64,000 bases of DNA from Cyanophora paradoxa CCMP329 (taxonomy: Eukaryota > Plantae > Glaucophyta): contig QPMI01000044.1 of assembly GCA_004431415.1 (NCBI GenBank), positions 62,001 to 126,000 of the forward strand, written 5' to 3'. The notes under the pieces are model-generated. The model ran no database searches and had not been told where the DNA came from. It was given only the letters and a program-made list of their open reading frames with translations. Each line of letters opens with the position of its first letter. Position 1 is the stretch's first letter. Made by a program: the position numbers and the translations under genes. Shown one piece after another: positions 1 to 12,402 of the stretch.

Positions 1-3000
1 CGCGCCGCCTCCGGCTGCAGCGGCAGCTGCGCCCGCCCCGTCGACGTCCCAGAACGGCGCTCGCCTGCCTCCCATCGCTGCGGGCGGCGCGGGCGCCGGC
101 GCGGGCCCTTCCTCGGGCGCCCCGCGCCACCCATCCAGCGACCCCGGCGGCCTCCGCCCGCTCGCACTCCCCGGCAGAGCAGCTGCAGCCCGCGTAGGAC
201 CGGACCACGCCGCTCCCGAGAAACGTGCGCTCGCGCCGGCGCCGGCGTCGGCATCGCCCCCGCCGCGGGCGTTGGGTATCCGCCTAACTTCTCGCCGCGT
301 ACGGGCTCAGACTCAGACTCAGAGTCTGCCGCGGGGTCAAAGGATCCGCCGGGAGCCGCCGACCCGCCCAAGAAAGGGTGCGTGCGCCTGCGCGCAGCCG
401 GCCCTAGGCCTCCCGCCCGCCGCGGCGCGCCGGTCGCCGTCGCGCCTGCCTCTTGCGAGCCGTGCTCAGACCGAGCGCGCGCGCCCCGCAGGCCAGGGTC
501 GGATCCGCACCACGCGGCGCCCGCGCCCAAGTCGGGCTTCCGCGTCTGGCCCCTCACGGTCAGCTCGGACGCGGCGCCCCCCTCGGGCTCGCCGATGGGG
601 CTGGCCGCCGGAGCCGGGGACGCCGGCGGGGGCGCGTCCGCTTCGTTCGCGAGCGACGCCGAGCGCGATCGGGATCGCGAGGACGGGGGGGATGAAGACG
701 GGGACGGGGACAGCGGCCCGCCCCTCTCTGCCGAAGACGCCCGCGAGCCCGGCGGCCGGGCCGTCCGCCCGGGGCGCGAGGCCCCCGAAACCGATCGGGA
801 CATCGAGGTACCCCCCTTCCTTTCTCTACCCCCCACCCCTTCTTTTTTCTGACGCCGGCACGGGGGTATACGTACGCGCAGTCCGGCAATCTGAAGCTGA
901 AGCTCCCGAAAGCGGATTCGAGGGCGCACCCGGCCGCGGGGGCGAACGGGAAGGGTCCAAGCCGCGGCCGCCGGGACAAGCGGAAGCGGAAGCAGAAGCC
1001 GCGCAACCTCGCCACACGCTGGCGGGACCTCTCCGTAAGATTTTTTTAACTTATGCTGTTTGATTGATAACAATGCAGACAACTAAGGCTTGCAACGCCG
1101 CCCGCCTGCAGATGAAGAAGAAGCTAATGGCGCTCGTCGCCTCGACGCAGCTCCTCACGACCCTCGTCCTCACCGGGTACGACTTTTTCGCCTTTGATTC
1201 ACTGCTCCTGTCCTGCTCTGCTCTGCTCTCCTCTGACTACGAGCCCCGGGCCGGTGCCACGGTACAGCGTGGTGGTCCTGGTTCTCTTCCTGTCCTCCTC
1301 GGCGCAGCTCGTCCGCCAAGCTGGCTCCGAGATCCTCACGAACCAGGTCCATCTTTCTCTTTCTCTCTCCCTTTCTTAATCTAGATCTTAATTTACAGTC
1401 GCTCTCGCGATCTTGATATCGTTGGCATATGTTAACACCACGGCTGGCGTGCGGCCGGCGGCTCGCCAGATCGTGTACGACATCAAGAACAACCAGATGA
1501 ATTACGGCTTCGCGGGCCAAGGCGACAACCCCTCCATCATCAACGCCGCGCGGGTGCGCGCGCGCAGCGATATGCTTCAGAACGTTCGGCCCACTCGGCT
1601 CTAAACTAATTATAAACCTCGCTCAGCTATAGCTATAGCTAACTAAACGGCTACTAAATTAAACTAAACGTCCGGCCCACTCGGCTTCTAAGCCTTGCCT
1701 TAGCTAAGGCGATCACTCGCGATCGGCTACTAAGCCTCGCTCAGCTCGGGCCGACGGCGGCGGGCCCCGAGGCGGACGCGATCGTCCGAGCCGCGAAGGA
1801 GGCGCTCGTCAACGAGATCGTCCGCCGCGACATCGAGTGCGTTTTACTTAGCTTTCTTTGTATATAATCCTAAGCTCTCTTAAGCTAAAGCTTACTATCG
1901 CTAAGCCATCGAGTTCGCTTTCACTTCGTTTGTTTCTGTAGCTAACGAGCGGTGGGAAGGTACTCGAGCCTCCTGAGCGCCGACGCGGACCCGCTGGTCA
2001 TCGTCTCCTCCAACAGGCGCGCGCCCCGCCGCCCTCCCCCGCGCCCCTCCCGCTGCCTCGCTGAGCCGCCCGTTCCGCTCTCGCCGGCGCGCAGGGACCG
2101 GCGCGGGGAGCCGATGCCCGAGCTGCGCTCCTTCACGCGGGCCCTCATCGAGAGCAACAAGCCCGTGCGCCAAATCGCCCTCCGCCCCTCCTCCTTTCGC
2201 CTCACCGCGCGCCCCCCGCCGCCAGACGCGATTCAGCCTGCTCGTGTCGCGCAAGGAGCTCGTGGAGGGCGAGGGCGCCGTCCCGAAGGACCCATCGGCC
2301 GACTACTTCCTCGTCCGGTCCGCTGGGGCGGGAGCCCGAGATCTAGATTTCGCGAAACTTGAATCCCGTGAAATTTCGCAGGTTTATCGGGCGGCCGGTG
2401 TACACGGGCCCAGACCAGCCCCGCCCCGCCGCGATCCTTCTCGCCGGCGACGTGGCGCGTCCTCCGTTCTTCGAATTCAGTGTTCCTTTGGTTTCTTCGG
2501 CGCTGACGGCGCCGGCCCGCGCGCGTGCTTGGGGCGCAGGTCAACGGGAAGAACTGGACGGTCGAGCCGTCCCGCGCCGCCTTCAAGTCGGGCTACGTCG
2601 CCGGTGCCCGCGCGCCGCCTCGCGCTCGCCGCCCCCGCCGCGGCCTTCCCTCACCCCCCGGCGGCCGCCCGCACCGCAGTGTACCAGCGCTCGCGGCCGG
2701 ACTGCGCCTCGAGCGAGCCCGGCTGCTTCCGCGTCTCCACAGCCATGCTCCGTGCGCGGAATTCGAATTCCGCGCCGCTGCGGCCTTGTCGCTCGCCGAG
2801 TCTGACGGCTCGCGGGGCGCGCAGCGGAGGACACGGAGCCGCGGCTGGCGCCGCTGCTTGGGGCCGCCGCGGACGGCCTCCTCGAGGCAGCCTCGTCCGC
2901 CCAGCCGCCCGGCTCCGTCGTCACCAGCGTCCTCAGCCTGGTTCGCGATCGTTTGAACTGCTTAAATTTCGAATTACAATTAATATTGGCTGCGATTGCA

Positions 3001-6000
3001 TTATCGGTGACACTCTGGTTTTAATTTGCTTCGACCAGGCCGGAGGGGAGAAGGTGACGGCGGCGGCGAAGGCCCTTCAGGACCCCTCCGGGCGCTCCGT
3101 CGCGTTCCTGGTGCGCGCGGGGCTCCAAAGCTGCGGATCCTTGTGATTTCAACTACTTATTTTCCTTAACGAACTTGACCACACTGTTAAAGTGTCCAAC
3201 TAACCCACTCTGGATCTCGACTGACTGTTTCGCGTCCTCAGGTCCGTGCCACTTCCCACGCGCCGTCGGACGAGGTGCATGCGAACACTGCGTGCTTCGA
3301 ATGGAGACCGCGCGCGCGGTTTTAATTTCGCGGCCGACGCCGCCGGCGCAGGTGCTTCGTATTGGGGTGCTCGCCTGCGTCGCCTCGGGAGTGTTCGTCT
3401 GCGTCATCTCCTGCTGGCTCTCCTGGCTCCTCCTCGTCCACATCCTCAGCGCCCTCCGGGATCTCAAGGCGCGCGCGCGCGCGCGCGTCCTCATTGCATA
3501 TATATATATATCACCGCAACTACATTACATAATTTTTCTTATTCCATTGACAAGAAGAAATATTAATACAACTTAATCCATTCTTGACGTCGACTCCGTT
3601 TCAGTGTCTGACGTCTTAAGCTTTCTGCGCGCGTATGCACAGGTGGCGGTGGAGGACTTTGATTTCCTCAGCGACAGCACTTCGTGCTCCTCCTCGCGGC
3701 ACTCGATCTCCCTGCCCCCCGGCAAAGCGTGCGCCAGCCGCCCGGGACGGTTGGGGTTGAAATAGAACACCGAGTGCAAGCGAGGCACGCGTGCCAGTCT
3801 AGGGCACAGCCTAGCTTCAACTTAAGCCCCCTTAAGCTTAGGCTCTCTCTCCATGCCGCCCGCGGCCGGCAAAGCGTGCGCGGGCATCGACCGCGGATCG
3901 TGTAATTAGTGTAGCCCGCGATCGATTATTTTATTATATTAGCCCGGCGCGGCTTCGCATTCGGCTCACGCGATCGCGACTTCGGCGTTCAGATTCGACC
4001 TCAAGACGGCTGCGAAAGACGAGATTGGCCGCCTGACGACGGCCTTCAGCCGCATGACCCGCCGCGTCACCGACGTGCGGCGCTTTTCCGTTTCTTTCCG
4101 CTCTGCAGCTGGTCCCTCACAACGGGCGGACCGGACCGCAGTCGTACGTGCGGCTGGAGGAAGCGAAGGAGAAGGCGACGTTCGATGAGGCGCGCCAGAA
4201 GCTCATCTTCGACACCTGCAACGACGGTCCGCTTGTGCTTGGATCTGTCCGCGTCCCCACCGCTCGTTCCGAGTCTGGGGCGTCGCAGCGGTCTTCGTGA
4301 CGGACAGCGCGTGCACCGTGCTGAGCATGAACCCGCGGGCCGCCGCCATGTTCTTGTACGACCCCAGCGAGGTCCGCCCCCTAGGCTTCCGCCTCTGCTT
4401 TGCCTTCCCGATCCGTCTCTGATCTGCTCGCCCTTCAGGTCGTGGGGCGCAACGTGAAGATTCTTCTGCCACCGCAGATTGCCGCTATCCACGATGCAGC
4501 AGTCGCGAGGTCGCTCACATACTTAATATTAGCTGGTTTTAGAACGCCCATCGCGGAATCGCTTTGTGCTCACCTCGTCCAACCGCGAACGGCAGGCATG
4601 TTGCTGCCGGTCTCACTTTGGACAAAGACAGCATCTTCCGGTGCGCATGCACTGCTTTAACACTGGTCATATTTCGTGCAATGATATCGTCGGGGGGTTT
4701 GACTTGTACGTCTACTTGCTTTTCTTAAACAGGGATTCCTACGGGAAGCGAAAGAACGGCGACATCTTTCCCGTCCAGATCGGCCTCAGGCGAGCTCGGC
4801 CCTTTGATGGCTCTCCTTCGCTTCGGGACCGAGCTGATGCGCCGGCGGCAGCGAGATGAAGATCGGCGACGAGCACCTCTTCGTCGGCATGATCCGAGGT
4901 ACCCGCGCCGGCTCGCATATGCAAATGCACCCGGAAAGCGCGGTTGCTCCGTGCGGCACGAGCGGCGCTGACCATGACGTGCGTGTGCGTCGCAGACATC
5001 ACGGAAAGGAAGGAGATGGAGCTTCAGATCGCCCGGGAGCGTATGCGGTGCGTACGCGTCCGTTCGCACTCCCTCCTCGGGCTGCGCTGCTCAAAGTCGG
5101 GCGTTGCAGGACCGAGAAGCTGTTGAAGAACCTGCTTCCGGCAACGGTGCCGGCGCCCGCCACACCTTGCTCCATCGATATCTCCTTCTTTTCCGCCATC
5201 TACAACTCTAGATCTTCGCTCTGACGCGCGCGCGCGGGCACGTGTGCTCAGATCGCCGATCGGCTCAAGGACATGCAGGAGCGCGAGGCGAAGCACGCGG
5301 CCCGCGAGCTCTCGCACGCCCGGAACCGCGCCGTTCTGCGAAGCGCGGTGCACGACCGACGCCCCGGCCCCTTCCTAAAACCAGTGCACGAGTCTCACCG
5401 AGCTTGGATGACCGAGCTTCTACCAAATTCTCCGTCTCTAGATGATACTCCGTCTCTGCCCGCATAACGAATTTCGGAAATGCAGTCGATGATGCACGCG
5501 GCCCTGCCGGCGCCGGCGCCGCCCTCGGACGAGGACGAGAGGGAAGACGAGTTCGGGGCGAGCACGGAGCTCGTCAAGGGCGCCCTCGCCGACCGCGTCG
5601 ACAACGTGTACGCCCCTCAGCTTTTACCTCTGCCTCTTTAACGCTTAGCTCTGTGTCTTCTTCTAACTCGGGGCGCGGCCTGCGCTGCGTTCGCAGACCC
5701 GTCCTCTTCGCCGACATCGTGCGCCGTCGATCCCGACCGGAGGGCGCCGTCCCGAGCCGCGGCCGGCGCCGACCGACTGCGCGCAGGTCAACTTCACGCC
5801 CCTCGCCTCCTCCATGGACCCCGCCCGCCTCGTCTCCCTCCTCAACGGTGCGTCCGTTCGATTTAATTTCCACAGAAGCTGCAAGAGCATTATCTTTTTT
5901 TAATTAAACTCTTGATGCGATGCAGACATCTTTTCGGACTTCGATTCGCTCGCGGAGAGGTTCGGCCTGGAGAAGATCAAAACGATCGGTGCGCACGGCC

Positions 6001-9000
6001 CTTTTCGTAGCTATAGGGGTGTGTATCGTCTGTATCCGGCCCTTACTCGCCGGCAGGGGATGCCTTCATGTGCGCTGGCGGGGTTCCTCCCGACGTCGAC
6101 GCGCCCGAGAATGGCAGGTGCGATCTCATATGCTGAACTAGTACTCGCCGAACTGGCGCCGGGCCTTCTCTTCGAATTCGATGGTGCATTAATATTCTCG
6201 TTTCCCGCGCCGTCAGACCGTCGGCGGCGGCGGCGGCGGCGGGAGACAAGTCGACGATGGTCGGCGCACCGGCAAAGAGATCGGCGTTCGAGTCCGGGTC
6301 CTTCATGGGCGCCGAGGTCGGCGCCAAGATTCGGTCCTTCGGGTTCGATTCTCTGGTTTTTTATCGCGCTTCGGCTACATATGGATAGGATCCGGAATAA
6401 TTCGGGCTTGTATCTCCATTTATTTGACGCCTCACCGCATCTTGCCTCGCAGGGCGTCCCCCCGGGACGCTCAGATGGCAGCGATTCGAGCCGAGTCACC
6501 CGTGGTGCGTTGCATTTTCGTGTGTCGGTGTCGCCTTGCTAACGCTTCGCCGCGTGCGCATGCAGGTCCGCATGGCGGTGCGAAGAAGCCTTCTCGCGCG
6601 CTTGGATTAATTTTTCTAAGCGTGTAGTTCTGAATCTTCCGCGGATGCGCAGCGGCTCGCGCTGGCGATGCACGAGGCGATTTCGCGGTACAAGAGCTTC
6701 GACGGGCGCTCGTTCCGCATCCGCATCGGCATCCACTGCGGCACCGTCATCGCCGGGTGCGGCCCTCCTGTCTTTCTTCTGCCGGGTCAGCCAGGCTCGA
6801 TCTCAACAAGTTTTGATCTTCTCGCGCTCAGGGTGATCGGCAAGAAAAAGCTTCTGTACGACCTGGTGCGGCGGTCGCTTGTGTTGGCTTTGTCCTCTCA
6901 GTCTGCAAACTTGCCTCTTCGCTCGCTCAAAATTGCAATTCTCATTGGCGCACCCTTTTCGCAGTGGGGAGATACCGGTGCGCAGCGCAAAATTTCACAC
7001 CCGAGCATGCGTTGCTGATGCGTGCGCTGACAAACGTTCTCGAACCGCAGTCAACGTCGCGAGTCGCATGGAGTCCTCCGGCGTTCCCGGCCGCACCCAG
7101 GTGCCCCCGAGCCCCCGCCCTTGCGCCTAGCTCTCGCGCCGCCGGCTCACGCGCGCCCCGGCCCGTGCTCAGGTGACGGAGGAGACGTACTACCACCTCC
7201 GCTCCAAGTTCGCCCTGGAGGAGCGCGGCCGCGTCCACATGTGCGCCATTCTTTCTAAGCTTGAACGAATGTATAAGTGGATAGATACCTGTTCAGTCAA
7301 TACAATTGCAAGTAGCTATAGCTCACTGTGAGTGCGCAGCAAGGGCAAGGGCGAGATGAGAACGTACTTCCTGCTGCACCTCAAGCCGGCCGAGCACACA
7401 GCGGGACTGCAGCTGGCAGCGGCGGGCGCAGCCGCGCCCGGGCTCAGGTCGCTCTCTCCGGCCCCGGCCACTTCGCGGACGCACCGCCTGCCGTCCCTCC
7501 AGGCGCGCAAATTTGTTTGGCAGAGTTTGCTCTGCCCGAGTTGTTTGGCAGAGTCTGCTCTGCCCTGCCTTCCGCGTGCGCTCACAATTTCGACTGCGAT
7601 TCTGCAGACCGACACGCGGCTTCTCTCGCCGGACTTCTCGGCCCTCTCGTGGCCCAAGTCCCACCTGGGCGACGTGATGCTCGGCATGATCCGCAACATT
7701 GGGGTGCGATTAAAATAAATGCGCAGCAGCAAATGGCGGGTCCGGATCAAGCTCCAAAGCAAGGCGCTATACTGTTAACGATAACGCGAGGTTTTTTAAT
7801 GCTCGGTTGACCTGGTTTTCGCCGCAGCTCATCGACTCTCTCCACGTGAACGAGCGCGAGCTCGCCTCGTTCATCGAAGTCGCTCTCTCCACCTACCGCG
7901 ACAAAAACCCCTTCCACGTGCGTTAAATTTGCTTTGCACGTGATTATGATGAAACCTTTGGCCTTCAGCGCTAGCTCATTTCATGTCTGCACGGATGCAC
8001 GGATAATATTAACGTTAACGTTTGCGTCGCAGAACGTGCACCACGCCATCGACGTCGCCCAGTGCATGTTCATCTTCCTCCTCGGCCTCAAGCAGTGCGT
8101 TCCTCTAGCTCCTCGTCCCATCTTGAAGTTGGCTGACCGCGGTGTCTGCGTGACTGCACCAGGCGGACGCAGCCAGCCGCGATCGCGGCCGAAGCCGCCT
8201 TGGATCCAGACGTCGACGCCGGCGGAGACGGAGCGGCGGCTGCTCCGGTCGCGTTCGGGGGCGAGCCGGCGGTCCCCTCGAATTCGTGCGCACGAACCGT
8301 CTATGGCATTTCGCAGAGCTGCGAAGCTGTCGGCTTCTCACTCGCGCGCGCGCCTCGCGCAGCGTTGTGTTCGACGACGTGGAGACGTTCGCCCTCCTCG
8401 TCGCCGGCCTCTGCCACGGTGCCCCCGCGCGTCGCGGCGATCCGTGTCTGCCTTCATTGACCGGCCACGGCGTGTGCAGACCTCGACCACCCGGGCGTGA
8501 CGAACGCTTTCCTCGCAAAGAGCCACGCACCGATGGCCATCCTCTACAGCAACAGCAGGTCTGCGCCCCATCTGGCGCTGGCCCAGTTCTGGTCGGTTCT
8601 CACCAGTGTATCCGTCGTGGCTAGCCCCCTGGAGCGGCACCACGCAGCCACGCTCCTTGGCCTCCTACAGAGGAAAGACCTTGGCATCCTCGCTAACATG
8701 TCGCGGGCCGACCAGGAACGCTTCTCCCAGGTGCGAGCGACGCCCAGCCAGTGACGCTCATGATCAGCGCTGTTTCCGCGCCAACCGGCTGATCGCTTGC
8801 GGCAGCTCGCGGTGGATGCGGTGCTGGCGACGGACATGGTCCTCCACAACGACTTCCTCGTCCGTCCCGCGCCCCGCCCCGTCAAACGGTTTCACTGCTT
8901 TAATTTTGGCGCTGTTCTCGCGCGCGTGTGTGGTCAGGTCTCTCTCGCGAGGCGGTTCCCCGCCTGCAAGGGCGTTCCGGGCTTTCCCGCGGCCGCCCCC

Positions 9001-9700
9001 GGGTCGAGCCCGTGCTCCCGTTTCTCCCACTACAGCGAAAAGGTCGCGTGAACCAGCCCGAATCCAGCGGCCTCCGCCGCGGCGCTGACGGCAGCATCGC
9101 GTCTCGATCGGCGCTGCAGGCCTTGCTGGGGGGCCTTCTGCTGAAGTGCGCGGACCTCGCCAACGGTGCCCGCACGTTCGAGCACTCGAAGCTCTCCGCT
9201 GTCCTCGTTCAGCAGGCGCGCCCCGTCAAAAAGAATTAAATTTCATTTCGTTTCTCTTGTCGTGTGTTTCCTTATCGGCGTTCTAATTTCGATCGCATTT
9301 CGAATTCAGGAATTCTTCGATCAGGCGACTCTTGAGACGGAAATGTCGCTGGAACCGACGCCCGGCTTCGCCCCGACAGGTCCGATATCGATCTCGGACA
9401 GTCCAATTCGTTTTTCATGTCGGATGACCGCAAAGTAAACCGCTCAGATGAGCCGGACCTGGGCAACGCGTCGCGGCAGGTTGGCTTCCTGACGGCTGTC
9501 GTCCAGCCGCTCTACGAAACCCTCGCCGCCGTCGCCCCCGAGGTGAGGCGAAGCCCTCAAATAAATTAAAGCGACGACGCTTCGGTCTGTGGCGTCGACG
9601 CTTACTCTTCCGCCAGCTGCCCGTCGCCCGGGCTATGGCGGCTAACGTTCGGAGCAACGCGGAGCAGTGGCGCGCGTTGCGCGCGCAGCACCACATCTAG
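1..9700 (+). CDS. Multi-exon membrane receptor adenylyl cyclase-phosphodiesterase fusion, copy 1 (5' end upstream of window): TM1-extracellular sensor-TM2-HAMP-PAS-class III AC-class I PDE
   Basis: Hand-spliced exons give TM1 (MKKKLMALVASTQLLTTLVLTGVVVLVLFL, ~1112-1300), TM2 (VLRIGVLACVASGVFVCVISCWLSWLLLV, ~3352-3440), HAMP (KDEIGRLTTAFSRMTRR, ~4015-4070), PAS (AVFVTDSACTVLSMNPRAAAMFLYDPSEVVGRNVKILLP...GKRKNGDIFPVQIGLSEMKIGDEHLFVGMIRDITERK), cyclase ([74 protein letters not shown]; ~5590-7380) and PDE (PFHNVHHAIDV, LCHDLDHPG, LERHH, LATDM, CADLAN, EFFDQ, QVGF; ~7610-9680). Stop TAG 9698-9700. Confidence 0.92.
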
Positions 9701-10932
9701 GGCCGGCCAGCGCCCTGGACAACCATATGCGCAAGCGCGAAGCGACGGCCGCGGCCGCGGGGGGCGCAACCATGCCGGGCGCCGGCATGCGCGTCGCCAC
9801 ATATATTCATGAGGCGGGCCCAAGCCGTGGACAGCCGGTGCCCAGAGCACACGCCAGCGAACTCACTCCGGATCCGCCCATGATATTATGAGCGCCAGTG
9901 TCAGCCACTTACGACCAATAATTTTGTAACTATACAACTATAGAGTAGTCCCTGGAACTAATTTACGTAAGTAAACCTCTTTTTGGGTTGTTTAGAAGTT
10001 ATACAGATCGCGTCGTGTGCGAGTCATCGAGTTTCTGATCCTGAGAGTACTTATATAATTAGGTCGCAGCACCTCGTTTAGCGCTTCATCCAGATCTAGA
10101 TCTACGTACATATCTTTCTTACGTATACGTATACGTATACGTATACAGCGTTGCAATTGCTTTGCCAAGTTGTGCACGTGCGTCATCGAATCGTGGTTGA
10201 ACACTAGCTCGGGAATTTCTTTCTGTATCCCATATGCTCGAACTGCACGTTCTTTAATTTCGAGATCTGTATATATCTATCAATATCTACAAGGTCAGAG
10301 CACCGTGTCAGGCTTACTCCGTTTACGTATACTTGCGGTGTGAGCGCGCATGTGGCGCCGGCGCCGGCGCGGGGCGCGTACGCGTGTTCATGGGGCGGGT
10401 ATATATAGCATACGTACCGGTTGTGCATGCGGGGGGCCCGCGGCCGGGGGCGTCTTAGACGGGATCGGATACGGATACGCACTGTATATACGTATACGTA
10501 CATGTGATCATGAGGACAATAGTAATCAGCCCCCCGGGGGGATATGGGCGGTCTAGATCTTAGCGGCCGGGCCCCGGGCTCGAGCTCGATATATATACTA
10601 GTGGCCCGGCCGCGATTCTCGCGCCGGGGGTGCAAGGGGGGAACCGGGATCTAATGAAAGAGTCGTAGTGGCACGCACATGCACGGGGCAGATCTAGATC
10701 GACCCCGGCCCAGCGCGCGCGGCAGGTTGAAGTGTAAAGATAGACACAGAGTATATATGATTGAAAAAAATAGAAAAGGCCCATTAAGCAGACGCTGCGA
10801 TCAAACCGAATAAAGAAAAGCCTCAATGAAAGGCCAGATTCAGCGCACTGTATATGAAAGATTGTTCTGGAGCGAAAAAACGCTGCGCATCAACTGTGTT
10901 CGCACGGCCTACCGCTAACCCTGAACAGCTGG

Positions 10933-11632
10933 CTAAAAGATGATGGTGCTGTCTGCAGAGGGCTCGCCGTAAACATAGCCGATCCAGGCCTTCTGGAGGG
11001 GGTCGGGGCGGAAGTCGACCATGGGGGTGAGCGGCAGCCAGCGGCGCCGGTCCTGAAGAGAGCCGTCCTGCGAGAGCATGGTGAGGCGGCCCGCCGCCTC
11101 GAGCGCCCGCAGAGCCACGCGGCTGGCGCGCTGCAGCTGCTCGCCGGACATGACGAAACAAGCTCTCGCGCCAGCAGAAGTGTACACGGGCTCCGTCCGG
11201 ACAATGTAAACAAATGCCGCCCATGCACGAGGATGAGAGCGTGCAGTCCGACGGCAGGAAATCTCGCCCGACGACAAGGTCCAATGCAGCTGTCCGTCCC
11301 ATCTTGTCTGAAATTCGCCAAGGGCAGGTCTTTCGCTGAGCTACTGCTGAATAAGGGATCCGGAACTGCCGGCTGTACATGTTGCAAACACTGCTGAAGC
11401 TTAAGCTGCAATGCAGCCAGCGGCCGTAGCGGCCTCTGGCCCGGCAAGGCTCGGAGCGACGATAGCTAACAGAAGCTGGATCCGTAACGACCGGAAAGCG
11501 GCGTGCAGCGGCGCGTCCGGAGGCAGTGCCCAGGCCGGGTGGCAGGCGGCGGGGGCGCACGCACGCGGCGCAACACAGGGCGCACGCGGGGTGCCGAATG
11601 AGCGGACAAGCGCCACGTCGTGCGCAGCACAC
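10933..11632 (-). CDS. Possible small hypothetical gene or exon in the spacer between the paralogs
   Basis: Segment ~11150-10933 (LQRASRVALRALEAAGRLTMLSQDGSLQDRRRWLPLTPMVDFRPDPLQKAWIGYVYGEPSADSTIIF*) has strong GC3 codon bias; upstream exons unresolved; no recognisable domain. Confidence 0.3.
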
Positions 11633-12068
11633 GAACTATAGCTAGTCTGCTGTCCGGGTGCCGATCGCAACAAGAGCGCCGAGCGCCCGGCCCGGCCGGC
11701 GCGCTCGGCCGGCACACGCGGTTCTACAATATAAGCTCGATATAAGCTCGATATAAGCGCAGCAAGAGAGTACGGTCTAGATCTGGCCGGCCGGGCGTGC
11801 TCGGCTGCGATCAGCTGCAGCGGCGCAGGCAGCAACGCAAGCAGTTTTAATTTGCGGTGCTGCGGTGCAAACGAGGACATGTACACGAGACATGCGGTGC
11901 GTAGTCCAGGCGACATGTACACGAAAACCGTGCGCGCGGCGTACGCGGCGCAGTGCGAGGAAGAGGAAATTTAGCTATGGAGAAGACAGCGAGGGAGAAC
12001 TGGTTGCCATATGGAAAACCGCCGCGTGACGCAGCGCACCGCCGCGCGAGGGAGAGCCCAGATCTAGA

Positions 12069-12154
12069 GGAGTGAGAGAGAATTTAAGTTGGTTTTCCCC
12101 TCGAAAACCAGTAGTGGAGTGAGAGAGAAGTTGGTTTTCCCCTCGAAAACCAGT
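12069..12154. repeat. Two direct repeats (~40 bp), each containing the hairpin TGGTTTTC-CCCTC-GAAAACCA
   Basis: GGAGTGAGAGAGAA...GTTGGTTTTCCCCTCGAAAACCAGT at 12069-12112 and 12116-12154; partial CCCTCGAAAAC at 12271-12281. Confidence 0.85.
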
Positions 12155-12322
12155 TTTCGCGAGTGCGAAACACCTCTCGCGAGCTCGAATTCGACGCTCG
12201 AAAGTCGAGAGCTGACCGGTCGACCGAGCCAATCGGAACGCGAATAACCGACATTTTCGTTGCATACTGGCCCTCGAAAACGGCCTCATAGAAAAATTTT
12301 GGCTGAAGCGAGGGAACGGGAA

Positions 12323-12402
12323 GCAAGGGGGGAAGACCTTCGGTCTTCTTTCCCCCCTTGCAATTTATACAAGCAGGGGGGCAAGCCCCCCCGCACCCCC
12401 CC
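12323..12402. other. Double GC-rich hairpin, possible mobile-element terminus or origin
   Basis: GCAAGGGGGGA-AGACC-TTC-GGTCT-TCTT-TCCCCCCTTGC (12323-12361) followed by GGGGGG-CAAG-CCCCCC (~12376-12391). Confidence 0.6.

Noticed and set aside
5590-7380. Guanylyl cyclase assignment
   Set aside because: Specificity residues are Lys and Asp (adenylyl type), not Glu and Cys.
12069-12154. CRISPR-like palindromic direct repeats
   Set aside because: Only two copies, nearly adjacent, with no unique spacer.
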